NCBI GenBank assembly: GCA_045638945.1
Contig: JAZUCF010000012.1
Coordinates: 74,086 to 138,085 of the forward strand
Direction of reading: 5' to 3'
DNA length: 64,000 nucleotides
From: Clostridia bacterium
GTDB taxonomy: Bacteria; Bacillota; Clostridia; UMGS1883
The translations under genes and the position numbers were made by a program. Below the pieces are notes generated by a model, which was not told where the DNA came from, did no database searches, and saw nothing but the letters and a program-made list of their open reading frames with translations. This document shows positions 9,461 to 19,482 of this stretch, piece after piece. Position 1 is the stretch's first letter. Every line of letters begins with the position of its first letter.

Positions 9461-10611
9461 ATCCGCTGAAGAAATCTCTGATTTGGTATTTTATGTGCAG
9501 TAAACGCCTGCTGCATAAGATGAGTTTCATCATTATACTTTGTTTAATTCCTGTCATCATTCCTGTTACCAAGCTTGCAATGTCGGGCGAAAGCGGAATA
9601 TTGAAAATTGCCGTGGCAGCTCAGGACAATTCCCCTGCATCAAAGCGAGCAATGGCTAAAATCCGTAATACCGACAGTATAATTCAGTTTGTTATATGTG
9701 ATACAGAGTCATATGCGACGGAAATGGTAAAAACCCATAAAGCAGATGCAGCATGGGTTTATAAGGATAATATTGAAGAAAGAATTACGAGATTCATAAA
9801 AAAAGAATCAAACGAACCATTTTTAAAGGTAATAGAACGTGAAGAAAATGTTATATTGCAGATGTCACGTGAAATGTTTTACGAAACAATTTTTGACGAG
9901 GTATCCTTTTCTCTTTACAGTAATTACGCACACAATAATTTAAAACTCAAGGGCAAAATTTCAGATGAAGAATTAAGAAAAAATTATTTTGACAGGGAAA
10001 GGGGGGGAAGCATTATTGAAATGTCAAAGCTCTCCTCCGATGCCCCTGTTACACAAAACCATTTAATATCGCCAATAAGGGGCATACTCTCTGTTTTATT
10101 AATTCTGTCGGGGCTTGCTGCTGCCATGTATTTTCTCAAAGATAATTCAAGTGGTAAATTTGCGTGGTTGCCCGGGACAAAAAGAATTATCCCCGCATTT
10201 TCCACTTGTTTTTCCGCTTGTGTTTTTTCAGGGACTGCAATTCTTTTATCTTTATTAATCGGAGGTTTTTCGGTAGGCTTTCTCAGAGAATTGGGTTCAA
10301 TGGTTTTATTTATTTTTTCCGTAAGCATCTTTTCTACATTCTTTTGTATTCTATTTAAATCATATGGAAAACTCGGTGCGGTGATACCCGGAATTATTGT
10401 GTTTGCACTGGTGCTTTCACCGATTTTTTTCAATGTTTCATTCTTTCCGATACTAAGATTTCTTCTGCCGACACACTATTATCTTTATTCCGTTTATGAC
10501 AGTAGTTATTATTTGTACTTCATTATGTACTCTTTGTTAATTCTTGTTGTTGTTATTATGTTGAATTATGTATTAAATTTAAATAATCCCTTTAAAAGGT
10601 GCACGAAATAA
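9457..10611 (+). CDS. ABC-2 type transporter permease (second subunit)
   Basis: 384 aa with the same topology as the preceding permease. ATGA overlap with it. Confidence 0.65.
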   Translation: MNPLKKSLIWYFMCSKRLLHKMSFIIILCLIPVIIPVTKLAMSGESGILKIAVAAQDNSPASKRAMAKIRNTDSIIQFVICDTESYATEMVKTHKADAAWVYKDNIEERITRFIKKESNEPFLKVIEREENVILQMSREMFYETIFDEVSFSLYSNYAHNNLKLKGKISDEELRKNYFDRERGGSIIEMSKLSSDAPVTQNHLISPIRGILSVLLILSGLAAAMYFLKDNSSGKFAWLPGTKRIIPAFSTCFSACVFSGTAILLSLLIGGFSVGFLRELGSMVLFIFSVSIFSTFFCILFKSYGKLGAVIPGIIVFALVLSPIFFNVSFFPILRFLLPTHYYLYSVYDSSYYLYFIMYSLLILVVVIMLNYVLNLNNPFKRCTK

Positions 10612-11705
10612 TCGCTTGCACCTTTTCTCATTACACTTCTGTCTGAAACTAACGGAATTTTAGCCAGCGTCTGGGCGTCAGAAGTTATGATTAACTCACC
10701 TATAATCTGTCCCTTTTTTACGGGTGCCTGTAAATTTTTCTCTATATTGATATGGGTTTTAACTTTATCCGCATTTTGCTTTTCAATCAAAATGTTTGCG
10801 TTTTCTTTTGAAAGAGCTGTTACATTATTTTCTTTTCCGTTCTTTACCGATACATCAGTAACTTTTGAATTTTTCTCTCCAAATTCAGTAACAGCATAGT
10901 TAGCAAACCCGTAATTCAAAAGGCTGCTGGCAGTAGCAAACCTCTCCTTACTGTTACAGCTTCCCAATACTACTGCTATAAGCTGCATGCCGTCACGTTT
11001 TGCCGCTGCACTTATGCAACAGCCTGCACCGCTTGTAGAACCCGTCTTAAGCCCATTAGCCCCCTTATAAAATCTGATTAATTTGTTTGTATTTGCGAGC
11101 TGAAATTTCCCGTCGCGGAGTGTATCCATCCAGATTGTTGTGTATTTTTCAATTATGTCATGCTTAAGAAGCTCACGGCTCATAATTGCAATATCATACG
11201 CACTTGAATGGTGATTTTCCACATCTAATCCGTTACAATTAACAAAATTAGTATCTTTCATTCCCAGTTCAGAGGCACGCTTATTCATCAGCGAAACGAA
11301 GGTTTCAACACTGCCGCACATATGCTCTGCCACGGCTACACACGCATCGTTTGCACTTGCAACAGCTATTCCTTTTAATAGGTCGTTAAGCGTCATTATT
11401 TCATTTGTTTCAAGAAAAATTGTACTTCCGCCCATACTCTTTGCATATTCGCTCGCCGTTATTTGGGTTTCAAGGGTGATTTCTCCGCGTTCTAATGCCT
11501 CACAGATAAGTAGCATTGTCATCACCTTGGTTACGCTTGCAGGCGGCAACGATTCGTGGGAGTTTTTTTCATATAATATTTTTCCCGTAGACGCCTCCAT
11601 CAGAAGAAGGGATTTTGCACTTGAATCAGTAGTAAACGTAGCAGCCGAAACATTATACTGAAAAAGAAGCATTATAACTATCAATATTGAACAAAATTTT
11701 TTCAT
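10566..11705 (-). CDS. D-alanyl-D-alanine carboxypeptidase (low-MW PBP, DacB/DacF-like)
   Basis: Signal peptide. SxxK (SVTKVM), SxN (SANDA) and KTG (LKTGST) motifs. PBP5-type C-terminal domain. Confidence 0.85.
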   Translation of the reverse strand: MKKFCSILIVIMLLFQYNVSAATFTTDSSAKSLLLMEASTGKILYEKNSHESLPPASVTKVMTMLLICEALERGEITLETQITASEYAKSMGGSTIFLETNEIMTLNDLLKGIAVASANDACVAVAEHMCGSVETFVSLMNKRASELGMKDTNFVNCNGLDVENHHSSAYDIAIMSRELLKHDIIEKYTTIWMDTLRDGKFQLANTNKLIRFYKGANGLKTGSTSGAGCCISAAAKRDGMQLIAVVLGSCNSKERFATASSLLNYGFANYAVTEFGEKNSKVTDVSVKNGKENNVTALSKENANILIEKQNADKVKTHINIEKNLQAPVKKGQIIGELIITSDAQTLAKIPLVSDRSVMRKGASDYFVHLLKGLFKFNT

Positions 11706-11847
11706 ATTTTAACATTCTCCTTTTACTTTATATAATAAAATATGCTTTTTTCAATAGAAATATTACTGTGAAACGATTGACTTTAAATAATCAATATGAT
11801 ATTCTAATTTATATCATTTGTAACTGACAGGAAAGGAAGATTTACTG

Positions 11848-12687
11848 ATGAAAATAGTTAACATTAACCTGCTTGAAAAAGAAACCGAGCACGGCTTTAT
11901 GCCGACATTGACGGGATATATTTTAGATGGAAGCGAAACAATAGAAAACGAAGATCGCCCCGCCGTTCTTGTGATTCCAGGCGGTGGTTACAGAATTGTT
12001 TCTCCACGAGAAGGGGAGAGGATTGCACTTTCCTATAACGCTGCAGGCTTTCATGCTTTTGTACTTGATTATTGTGTGGAACCTCATCGCCATCCTATGC
12101 CTATATTAAATGCCGCAAAGTCGATTGAGATTATTCGTGACAATGCAAAAGAGTGGAGAATTAATCCAGATCATATTGCCGTTTGTGGTTTTTCCGCAGG
12201 CGGGCATCTTGCAGGTTCTATAAGCACGCTTTGGAACCGAGCAGATATATTTGGTGATGATGAAGAAAAAAATAAATATCATAAGCCGAATGCATCAATA
12301 CTTTGTTACCCTGTTATCACCTGCGGCGACCATGCTCATAAAAGCTCCTTCAGAAAGCTTACTGGTATGGAAGAGTGTGAATTTTGGAACTCACTTTCGC
12401 TTGAAAACTGCGTGGACGAAAATACACCTCCTGCATTTTTATGGCATACCTTTGAAGATGCTTCTGTTCCCGTTGAAAATTCGCTTCTTTATTCAAACGC
12501 ACTCAGAAAGCATAATATACCGTTTGAATTACATATTTACCCTAACGGAGCTCACGGTACATCATTGTTTTCCGATGAGACATACTGGGGACTCAGCAAA
12601 CTCGATTGCCGTAGCTATCCGTGGATGAAGCAGTCTATAGAATGGCTCTATCTGCAATTTGGTATAACCGAGGCAAATTACAGATGA
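11848..12687 (+). CDS. alpha/beta hydrolase (esterase/lipase-like)
   Basis: 279 aa. Nucleophile elbow GFSAGGH. Oxyanion-type VIPGGGY. C-terminal H in NGAHG. Confidence 0.75.
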   Translation: MKIVNINLLEKETEHGFMPTLTGYILDGSETIENEDRPAVLVIPGGGYRIVSPREGERIALSYNAAGFHAFVLDYCVEPHRHPMPILNAAKSIEIIRDNAKEWRINPDHIAVCGFSAGGHLAGSISTLWNRADIFGDDEEKNKYHKPNASILCYPVITCGDHAHKSSFRKLTGMEECEFWNSLSLENCVDENTPPAFLWHTFEDASVPVENSLLYSNALRKHNIPFELHIYPNGAHGTSLFSDETYWGLSKLDCRSYPWMKQSIEWLYLQFGITEANYR

Positions 12688-13358
12688 TAATCAGAAGTGG
12701 AATATGTTATATCATAGGTGCTTGCAGTGAGTTTTCGAGCAAATTTTCTTTAAATTGTAATAAGAACGATTTAATTATTGCCGCTGACGGGGGCTATGAT
12801 ATTCTGAAAAAGAATAGAATAAAGCCTGATATTTTGTTGGGAGATTTCGATTCCATTACTGAACTCCCTGAGAATATCAAGCTCATCAGACATCCTGTAA
12901 AAAAAGATGATACGGATACGTTTTTGGCATATAAGACAGCTTTAGAAAAAGGATATAAAAATTTTGTTATTCTTGGCGGTGTCGGTGGAAGAGTTGACCA
13001 TACAATAGCAAATATTCAAACCCTGTTAAACATAGCAAAAAACGGTGGAAGAGGCTTTTTGATTGGAAAAAGCAGTGTTATGACAACGATTTTCAATTCC
13101 AACATTGAATTTTCAGAAAGACACACCGGAAATTTAGGGGTTTTTGCCCAAGGGAACGATGCGTATAACGTAACTATCAGCGGTTTAAAGTATGAGGCTG
13201 ATAACGTTACTCTTAAAGTCGATACTCCAATGGGCGTCAGCAATGAATTTGTAGGAGAGAGGGCAGTTATAAAAGTACAAAATGGTGCACTTTTTGTTGT
13301 ATGGGATGAAAATTTGCTTGATTTCATCACACATATTAGTGATTTTTGTATTAAATAA
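12684..13358 (+). CDS. thiN: thiamine diphosphokinase
   Basis: 224 aa from the ATG that overlaps the upstream stop (ATGA). GDFDSI and GGVGGRVDH motifs. Confidence 0.8.
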   Translation: MIIRSGICYIIGACSEFSSKFSLNCNKNDLIIAADGGYDILKKNRIKPDILLGDFDSITELPENIKLIRHPVKKDDTDTFLAYKTALEKGYKNFVILGGVGGRVDHTIANIQTLLNIAKNGGRGFLIGKSSVMTTIFNSNIEFSERHTGNLGVFAQGNDAYNVTISGLKYEADNVTLKVDTPMGVSNEFVGERAVIKVQNGALFVVWDENLLDFITHISDFCIK

Positions 13359-13396
13359 ATGAAAACGGAAGCAAACTGCTTCCGTTTTCATTTATT
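13354..13396. terminator. bidirectional terminator between thiN and the recombinase gene
   Basis: 19-bp perfect stem AAATAAATGAAAACGGAAGC / GCTTCCGTTTTCATTTATTT. Confidence 0.75.
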
Positions 13397-14360
13397 GTTT
13401 TATTTTTGAGAGAGGATTTTTATCTATTGCATCACGTAATTGTTGCTCATCGATATGGGTATAAATTTGCGTGGTTGAAAGATGCTCATGTCCTAAAATT
13501 TCTTGAAGTGCTCTTACATCTACATTTCCATACTTATACATTAATGTGGCGGCAGTATGCCTTAATTTATGCGGAGAATAAACCTCAGGGTCAAGCCCTG
13601 CACGTTGCAGATTCTTTTTTATCATTCGGTAAACCATGTTATTGGAAATACGCGATTTTTGTTTACTTAAAAACAGTGCTTTACGGTCTTTTACGCCATC
13701 TTTAGGCCGTACCTCCATATAGGCTCTGATAGCTGATTTACATGCATCATTAAGATATACAGTCCTTTGTTTATTTCCTTTACCTGTAACAGTCAGTTTA
13801 TCGCCGTGAATATCAGTAATATTGATGCCTACAAGCTCACTTAGACGCATTCCGCAGTTTAAAAACAGTGTAATTATGCAATAATCACGGGTTTTAAACT
13901 CACCGTCAATATTTTCCAATAATTGTAAACTTTCATCCAAAGAAAGAAAAATAGGCAGTTTTGATGGGATTTTTGGAGAATCCAATTCTTTCGTAACATT
14001 AACATCGAGAAGGTGAGCCTTACCGGACAGATAGTTAAAAAAACTTTTAAGAGAAGAAACTTTTCTCGCACGTGCATTTGCATTATTATCACGGTCACTG
14101 TTTGCATACATCAGATATTCATACATATCATCAAGCATAATATCACGAATAAAATCTGTATCAATGTCATTACAATTAATGTTATCAAAATTTTCAAAAG
14201 ACTCCATAGAGCGATGGCATTTCATAAAACGAAAAAAAGTACGTAAATCATAATAATATTCATTAATTGTATTATCAGATTTTCCTTTGATGTTAGAAAG
14301 ATAGCTGAGAAAATTCTTTACATCCTGGGGAATGTCGGAATAAGCCCTGAAATCAGCCAT
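13392..14360 (-). CDS. tyrosine recombinase, XerC/XerD-like
   Basis: 322 aa. C-terminal catalytic region HKLRHTAAT...LGHEHLSTTQIYTH (R-H-R-Y type). N-terminal SAM-like core-binding domain. Confidence 0.85.
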   Translation of the reverse strand: MADFRAYSDIPQDVKNFLSYLSNIKGKSDNTINEYYYDLRTFFRFMKCHRSMESFENFDNINCNDIDTDFIRDIMLDDMYEYLMYANSDRDNNANARARKVSSLKSFFNYLSGKAHLLDVNVTKELDSPKIPSKLPIFLSLDESLQLLENIDGEFKTRDYCIITLFLNCGMRLSELVGINITDIHGDKLTVTGKGNKQRTVYLNDACKSAIRAYMEVRPKDGVKDRKALFLSKQKSRISNNMVYRMIKKNLQRAGLDPEVYSPHKLRHTAATLMYKYGNVDVRALQEILGHEHLSTTQIYTHIDEQQLRDAIDKNPLSKIKQ

Positions 14361-14418
14361 AATAAAGCCCTCCGTAGATATATTTGATAGAGGAAGTATG
14401 TAGAAATCTTCCTATCGC

Positions 14419-14450
14419 CAATTCAACAAAATTTTTATTTTGTTGAATTG
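14419..14450. repeat. 32-bp palindrome (14-bp perfect arms, 4-nt centre) at the predicted start of the recombinase transcript
   Basis: CAATTCAACAAAAT-TTTT-ATTTTGTTGAATTG, read directly from the sequence. Confidence 0.6.
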
Positions 14451-14457
14451 CATATAT

Positions 14458-14487
14458 ATTTTAGCACACACTTTCCTGTCTTGTCAA
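14458..14487 (-). promoter_or_regulatory. putative sigma-A promoter of the recombinase gene
   Basis: On the minus strand: TTGACA, 18-nt spacer ending in TGC, then TAAAAT. Confidence 0.45.
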
Positions 14488-14506
14488 GTATGTGTGTTTA
14501 AATATT

Positions 14507-14540
14507 TTAAAAGGTTGAGAAAAAAATCTCAACCTTTTAA
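14507..14540 (-). terminator. intrinsic terminator after yebC
   Basis: GGTTGAGA / TCTCAACC stem flanked by A and T runs, directly after the yebC stop. Confidence 0.65.
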
Positions 14541-14548
14541 TTATATCA

Positions 14549-15274
14549 TTATTCATCCCAGTTATGATATACATTCTGTACATCGTCGTTATCATCAAGC
14601 ATTTCTATAAGCTTGTTCATATTCTTAAGGTCTTCCTCATCAGTTAATTCAACACTTGTCTGAGGAATCATCTGAACTTCGGCAGTTAAAAAGCTGTAAC
14701 CGCGGCTTTCCAATTCTTCTCTTACAGATGAGAAATTTTCTGGTGAAGTTAAAACCTCATAAATACCTTCTTCTGCTGTAAAGTCATCTGCCCCACTATC
14801 GAGAGCATCCATCATAACGGCATCCTCATCAGGCAAATCTTCAGAAGAAATAATAAGTACACCTTTTTTGTCAAACATATAGCTTACACATCCTGTCTGA
14901 CCTAAATTTCCACCGTATTTATCAAAATAATGGCGCATATCTGCAGCAGTACGGTTTCTGTTGTTTGTAAGAGTTTCAACAATTACTGCAACACCCTTGG
15001 GACCATAACCCTCGTATGTGATTTCCTCGTAATCGTTACCGCCTGTCTCTCCTGCTGCCTTGGCGATACAACGCTGAATGTTGTCGTTGGGCATATTATT
15101 CGAACGTGCTTTTGCAATTGCATCACGGAGCTTTCCGTTGCTGTCGGGATTAGGACCGCCTGCACGAACAATAACCGCAATTTCTCTTCCGAGCTTTGTA
15201 AAAATCTTCGCACGCTGTGCATCTGATTTTTCTTTCTTATTTTTAATATTATTCCATTTGGAATGTCCTGACAT
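14549..15274 (-). CDS. yebC: YebC/PmpR family DNA-binding transcriptional regulator
   Basis: 241 aa. Hallmark N-terminus [14 protein letters not shown]. Confidence 0.9.
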   Translation of the reverse strand: MSGHSKWNNIKNKKEKSDAQRAKIFTKLGREIAVIVRAGGPNPDSNGKLRDAIAKARSNNMPNDNIQRCIAKAAGETGGNDYEEITYEGYGPKGVAVIVETLTNNRNRTAADMRHYFDKYGGNLGQTGCVSYMFDKKGVLIISSEDLPDEDAVMMDALDSGADDFTAEEGIYEVLTSPENFSSVREELESRGYSFLTAEVQMIPQTSVELTDEEDLKNMNKLIEMLDDNDDVQNVYHNWDE

Positions 15275-15295
15275 TTTCTGTTACACCTCTATTAA

Positions 15296-15780
15296 TTATT
15301 CTGCCTTTTCTGCTGTTTCTATTGCATTTGCTTTTGACGCTTCCTGCCTTACATCTGCGCGGGCCTTTCTGATAATGGACTGTGCCTTTGTAAGTTTTGC
15401 ATCTGTATCAGCAAAAAGTGAATCTACATACTGACGTGCTCCCATTCTTAATTCGCGGGAGTTCTTCTGTGCTGCAGCAATAATCTGATTTGCCTGCTCA
15501 TAAGCCTTCTTTGTAATCTCATGCTCATCAATCATTTTTTCAACCTTGATTTTTGCATTCTTTACAATTTCGTCAGCTTCAGCCTGAGCTTCAGCAAGGA
15601 TTCTCTTTCTTTCATCCTTGATAAGACGAGCCTGCTTCATATCTTCAGGAATATTCAAACGAAGCTCTTCAATATTTGAAAGAAGTTCTTCCTTATCTAC
15701 CATCGCTCTGTTCATAAGCGGTATAGATTTCGCCTGTTCAACCTTATCTTCTAAAAGGTCAATAATTTTTAAGATTTCCA

Positions 15781-15781
<1 letters not shown>
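15296..15781 (-). CDS. coiled-coil protein of unknown function (ATPase b/G-subunit-like heptad protein)
   Basis: 161 aa, highly charged and predicted all-helical. No catalytic motif. Overlaps the coaD stop. Confidence 0.5.
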
Positions 15782-16814
<1,033 letters not shown>

Positions 16815-16930
16815 AAAATCCTCCGAAAAGAAATTCCTTCTCAAATACCGAAAAGGAATTTAATATATCATATATATATTTTACATTAAGTTCTGAAAAA
16901 GTCAAGTGTTTTATGGTAATTACTATCATT

Positions 16931-17593
16931 TTACAGAATTCTTCTTGCACATACATAATTACGCACGTAGTAATCTGAGTTCAGCTCGTCCTTTACTACC
17001 CCCCGGACACTTGTAGATGCATGAATGAACTTACCGTCTCCAACATACACCCCTACATGATTAACTCTGCGGTCACGCCTGTTTGAAAAGCATAAAATGT
17101 CTCCCGGAACTAAGCTTTCTTTTTCTATCTGCACCCCGATCTCACTTTGAGATGTGGAGGTCCTTGGCAGGCTGTAACCGTACTGTTTATAAAGGTAGCT
17201 TGTAAAACCGCTGCAATCGAATGTATTTGGTCCGGATGAACCATAAGAATATCTGCTGCCTATGTAGTTATGTGCAAGCTTTGCTATTTCTGCACCTGTT
17301 TTTACACCATTATAAAACAAATCAGAAAGCTCGGATGTTTTATTAACATAGTCGGCTGATACAAACCCAGTGATACCGTTATTCATCTTTATATTATACC
17401 AACCATTATCCGTATAAATTATTTCAAAATCAGTTCCATAGGTCATACGGTCAACAATACCGCAATTTGTATTAGGCGACTCTCTTACATTTAAAACATC
17501 GCACTTAACATAACCTCTCTCACTTGCTGATACATCTAAAATAAAAACAAGCAAAAAAATAAAGGTTGTAATTCCACGAAAAAATTTAACCAA
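16931..17593 (-). CDS. SH3b-domain NlpC/P60 (C40) cell-wall peptidase
   Basis: Signal peptide, SH3-like region, catalytic FDCSGF and HVGVYVG. Confidence 0.85.
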   Translation of the reverse strand: MVKFFRGITTFIFLLVFILDVSASERGYVKCDVLNVRESPNTNCGIVDRMTYGTDFEIIYTDNGWYNIKMNNGITGFVSADYVNKTSELSDLFYNGVKTGAEIAKLAHNYIGSRYSYGSSGPNTFDCSGFTSYLYKQYGYSLPRTSTSQSEIGVQIEKESLVPGDILCFSNRRDRRVNHVGVYVGDGKFIHASTSVRGVVKDELNSDYYVRNYVCARRIL

Positions 17594-17704
17594 TGTTATT
17601 CACCTCATTACTATTGTAACACTTTTTAACCAAAATGTCAAACTTTTTTAATACTTTTTTTATATTCCATGAGATGTAAATTATTTTTTATCTTACTCTC
17701 TATT

Positions 17705-17737
17705 CTGACATTTTTTTCGGGGGATAAGTTGTATACT
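17705..17737 (+). promoter_or_regulatory. candidate spoIIG-type promoter with over-long spacer
   Basis: CTGACA (17705-17710), 21-nt spacer, TATACT (17732-17737). TTCTGACA resembles a Spo0A box (TTCGACA) with one inserted base. Confidence 0.3.
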
Positions 17738-17754
17738 GTAAATGGGTGATAGTT

Positions 17755-18651
17755 ATGCCGGTTATTTATATTGATGTTTTATTTGCCGTAAACTTTATAA
17801 TTAATTACGTGCTGCTCAAAACAAGTTGTATTTTTATAAATTTAAAATATAGCAGAATAAGAATGATGCTTGGAGCTTTAATTGGGTCAATATATGCAAT
17901 TTTAATTTTCTTTCCTGACTTCTCTCCCCTGTATTCAACATTGTCTAAATTATTGGTTTCAATGCTGATTATGGCTTCATCATTTACTTTCTACTCGTTT
18001 TCCTCATACTTTAAGGCTTTAATCGTATTCTACATGGTTTCATTCGGATTCGGGGGTTGCGTTTTGGGAGTCTTTTATTTTAGCGATATCGGGGCAAAAT
18101 TAGGCGCGGTATATTCTAATGGAATTTTCTACTTTAATCTACCGTGGACCATTCTTGCCGTTTCCGGAATAGCATTTTACATCGCTGTCCGTATTTTTGA
18201 TTTTATTTCCAAGAAGCATTTTTCTGCGAAATGCTTAAAAAAGAAACTGTATCTTACATACGACAATAAAACAGCGGAAATAACAGCATTGCTTGATACA
18301 GGAAATTCTTTAATGGATCCGGTATCAATGACCCCTGTAATAATTGCAGAATATAAATCAATAAAAAATTTGTTTTCTTCAGAGGTCAGAAATTCACTGG
18401 AACGCATTGACAATAACAATTTAACGCATATACTCAGCGAAGTCGGTGAAAAAGGACTTCGGGCGAGGTTAATTCCGTTTTCTTCATTAGGAAATGAAAA
18501 TGGGATGCTATTGGGATTTATTCCCGACAAGGCAGAGCTGCGTGATGAGTGCGGGATAAGGACTTTAGGAAAATGCGTTATCGCAATATATGAAAAAAAC
18601 CTAACCTATGACAGAAGCTACGGTGCACTTTTAAATCCGTATTTACAATAG
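17755..18651 (+). CDS. spoIIGA: sigma-E processing peptidase SpoIIGA
   Basis: Five N-terminal TM helices and C-terminal aspartic protease motif LLDTGNSL. Directly upstream of sigE. Confidence 0.88.
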   Translation: MPVIYIDVLFAVNFIINYVLLKTSCIFINLKYSRIRMMLGALIGSIYAILIFFPDFSPLYSTLSKLLVSMLIMASSFTFYSFSSYFKALIVFYMVSFGFGGCVLGVFYFSDIGAKLGAVYSNGIFYFNLPWTILAVSGIAFYIAVRIFDFISKKHFSAKCLKKKLYLTYDNKTAEITALLDTGNSLMDPVSMTPVIIAEYKSIKNLFSSEVRNSLERIDNNNLTHILSEVGEKGLRARLIPFSSLGNENGMLLGFIPDKAELRDECGIRTLGKCVIAIYEKNLTYDRSYGALLNPYLQ

Positions 18652-18684
18652 CCGAAAGAGAATGACTTGGAGGGTAATTTAAGT

Positions 18685-19398
18685 ATGTTTGAATTAATAA
18701 AAAAAAATACACGACTGAATTATTTAAAATTAATTAAGAAATTAAAATTTGAAGACTGCATTCATTATATTGGGGTTGGTATTTACCTGCCTCCCCCTCT
18801 CACTCCTGAAGAAGAACAAAAATGCATTGAAACGCTGCCTCTTTCGGATAGCCGTCAAAAACTAATTGAGCACAACCTACGGCTTGTGGTATATATTGCA
18901 AAAAAATTCGAGAACACAAATATTTGCGTTGATGATTTAATTTCTATAGGAACGATTGGTTTGATAAAAGCAATTAATACTTTTAAAGCGGATAAAAAAA
19001 TTAAGCTCGCAACATATGCAAGCCGTTGCATTGAAAACGAAATACTGATGTATTTAAGGAAGAATAATTCGCAGCGTGTTGTAATATCATTCGACGAGCC
19101 TTTAAATGTTGACTGGGACGGAAATGAGCTACTTTTAGGAGATGTATTAGGTACTGATGATGATTGTGTTGATCGGCATTTAGAGGAAGAAGTCGAGAGG
19201 CAATTGCTCCTTTCAGCAATGGAAAATCTGTGTCAAAGGGAAAAAGAAATAATGGAAATGCGATATGGGTTACACGGAAAGTCGGAAAAGACTCAAAAGG
19301 AAGTTGCTGACCTTCTCGGAATAAGTCAAAGCTATATTTCGCGGCTTGAAAAAAGAATTATACGCCGTCTGAAGAATGACATCGCAAAAAACATATAA
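18685..19398 (+). CDS. sigE: RNA polymerase sporulation sigma factor E (pro-sigma-E)
   Basis: Pro-sequence followed by [17 protein letters not shown], then sigma-70 regions 2-4. ATG lies 9 nt after GGAGGG. Confidence 0.9.
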   Translation: MFELIKKNTRLNYLKLIKKLKFEDCIHYIGVGIYLPPPLTPEEEQKCIETLPLSDSRQKLIEHNLRLVVYIAKKFENTNICVDDLISIGTIGLIKAINTFKADKKIKLATYASRCIENEILMYLRKNNSQRVVISFDEPLNVDWDGNELLLGDVLGTDDDCVDRHLEEEVERQLLLSAMENLCQREKEIMEMRYGLHGKSEKTQKEVADLLGISQSYISRLEKRIIRRLKNDIAKNI

Positions 19399-19424
19399 AC
19401 ATATGAATAATTTTTAAAAAACCA

Positions 19425-19453
19425 TTGAAATTCTCTTTTAATTTGTGTATAAT
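19425..19453 (+). promoter_or_regulatory. putative sigma-A promoter of the 508-aa orphan gene
   Basis: TTGAAA (19425-19430), 17-nt spacer, TATAAT (19448-19453). Confidence 0.5.
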
Positions 19454-19482
19454 AAAAAAGGTATGCACTTAGGAGGGATTCC

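Noticed and set aside
12251-12628. 125-aa alternative-frame ORF inside the esterase gene
   Set aside because: It is fully nested in a gene with clear alpha/beta-hydrolase motifs. It has no RBS and its sequence is not protein-like.
13392-14548. Recombinase as a marker of a mobile element, or an adjacent dif site
   Set aside because: The flanking genes (thiN, yebC, coaD, rsmD) are core genes. I could find no direct repeats around the gene. The upstream palindrome does not resemble the Firmicute dif consensus (ACTTCCTAGAATATATATTATGTAAACT).
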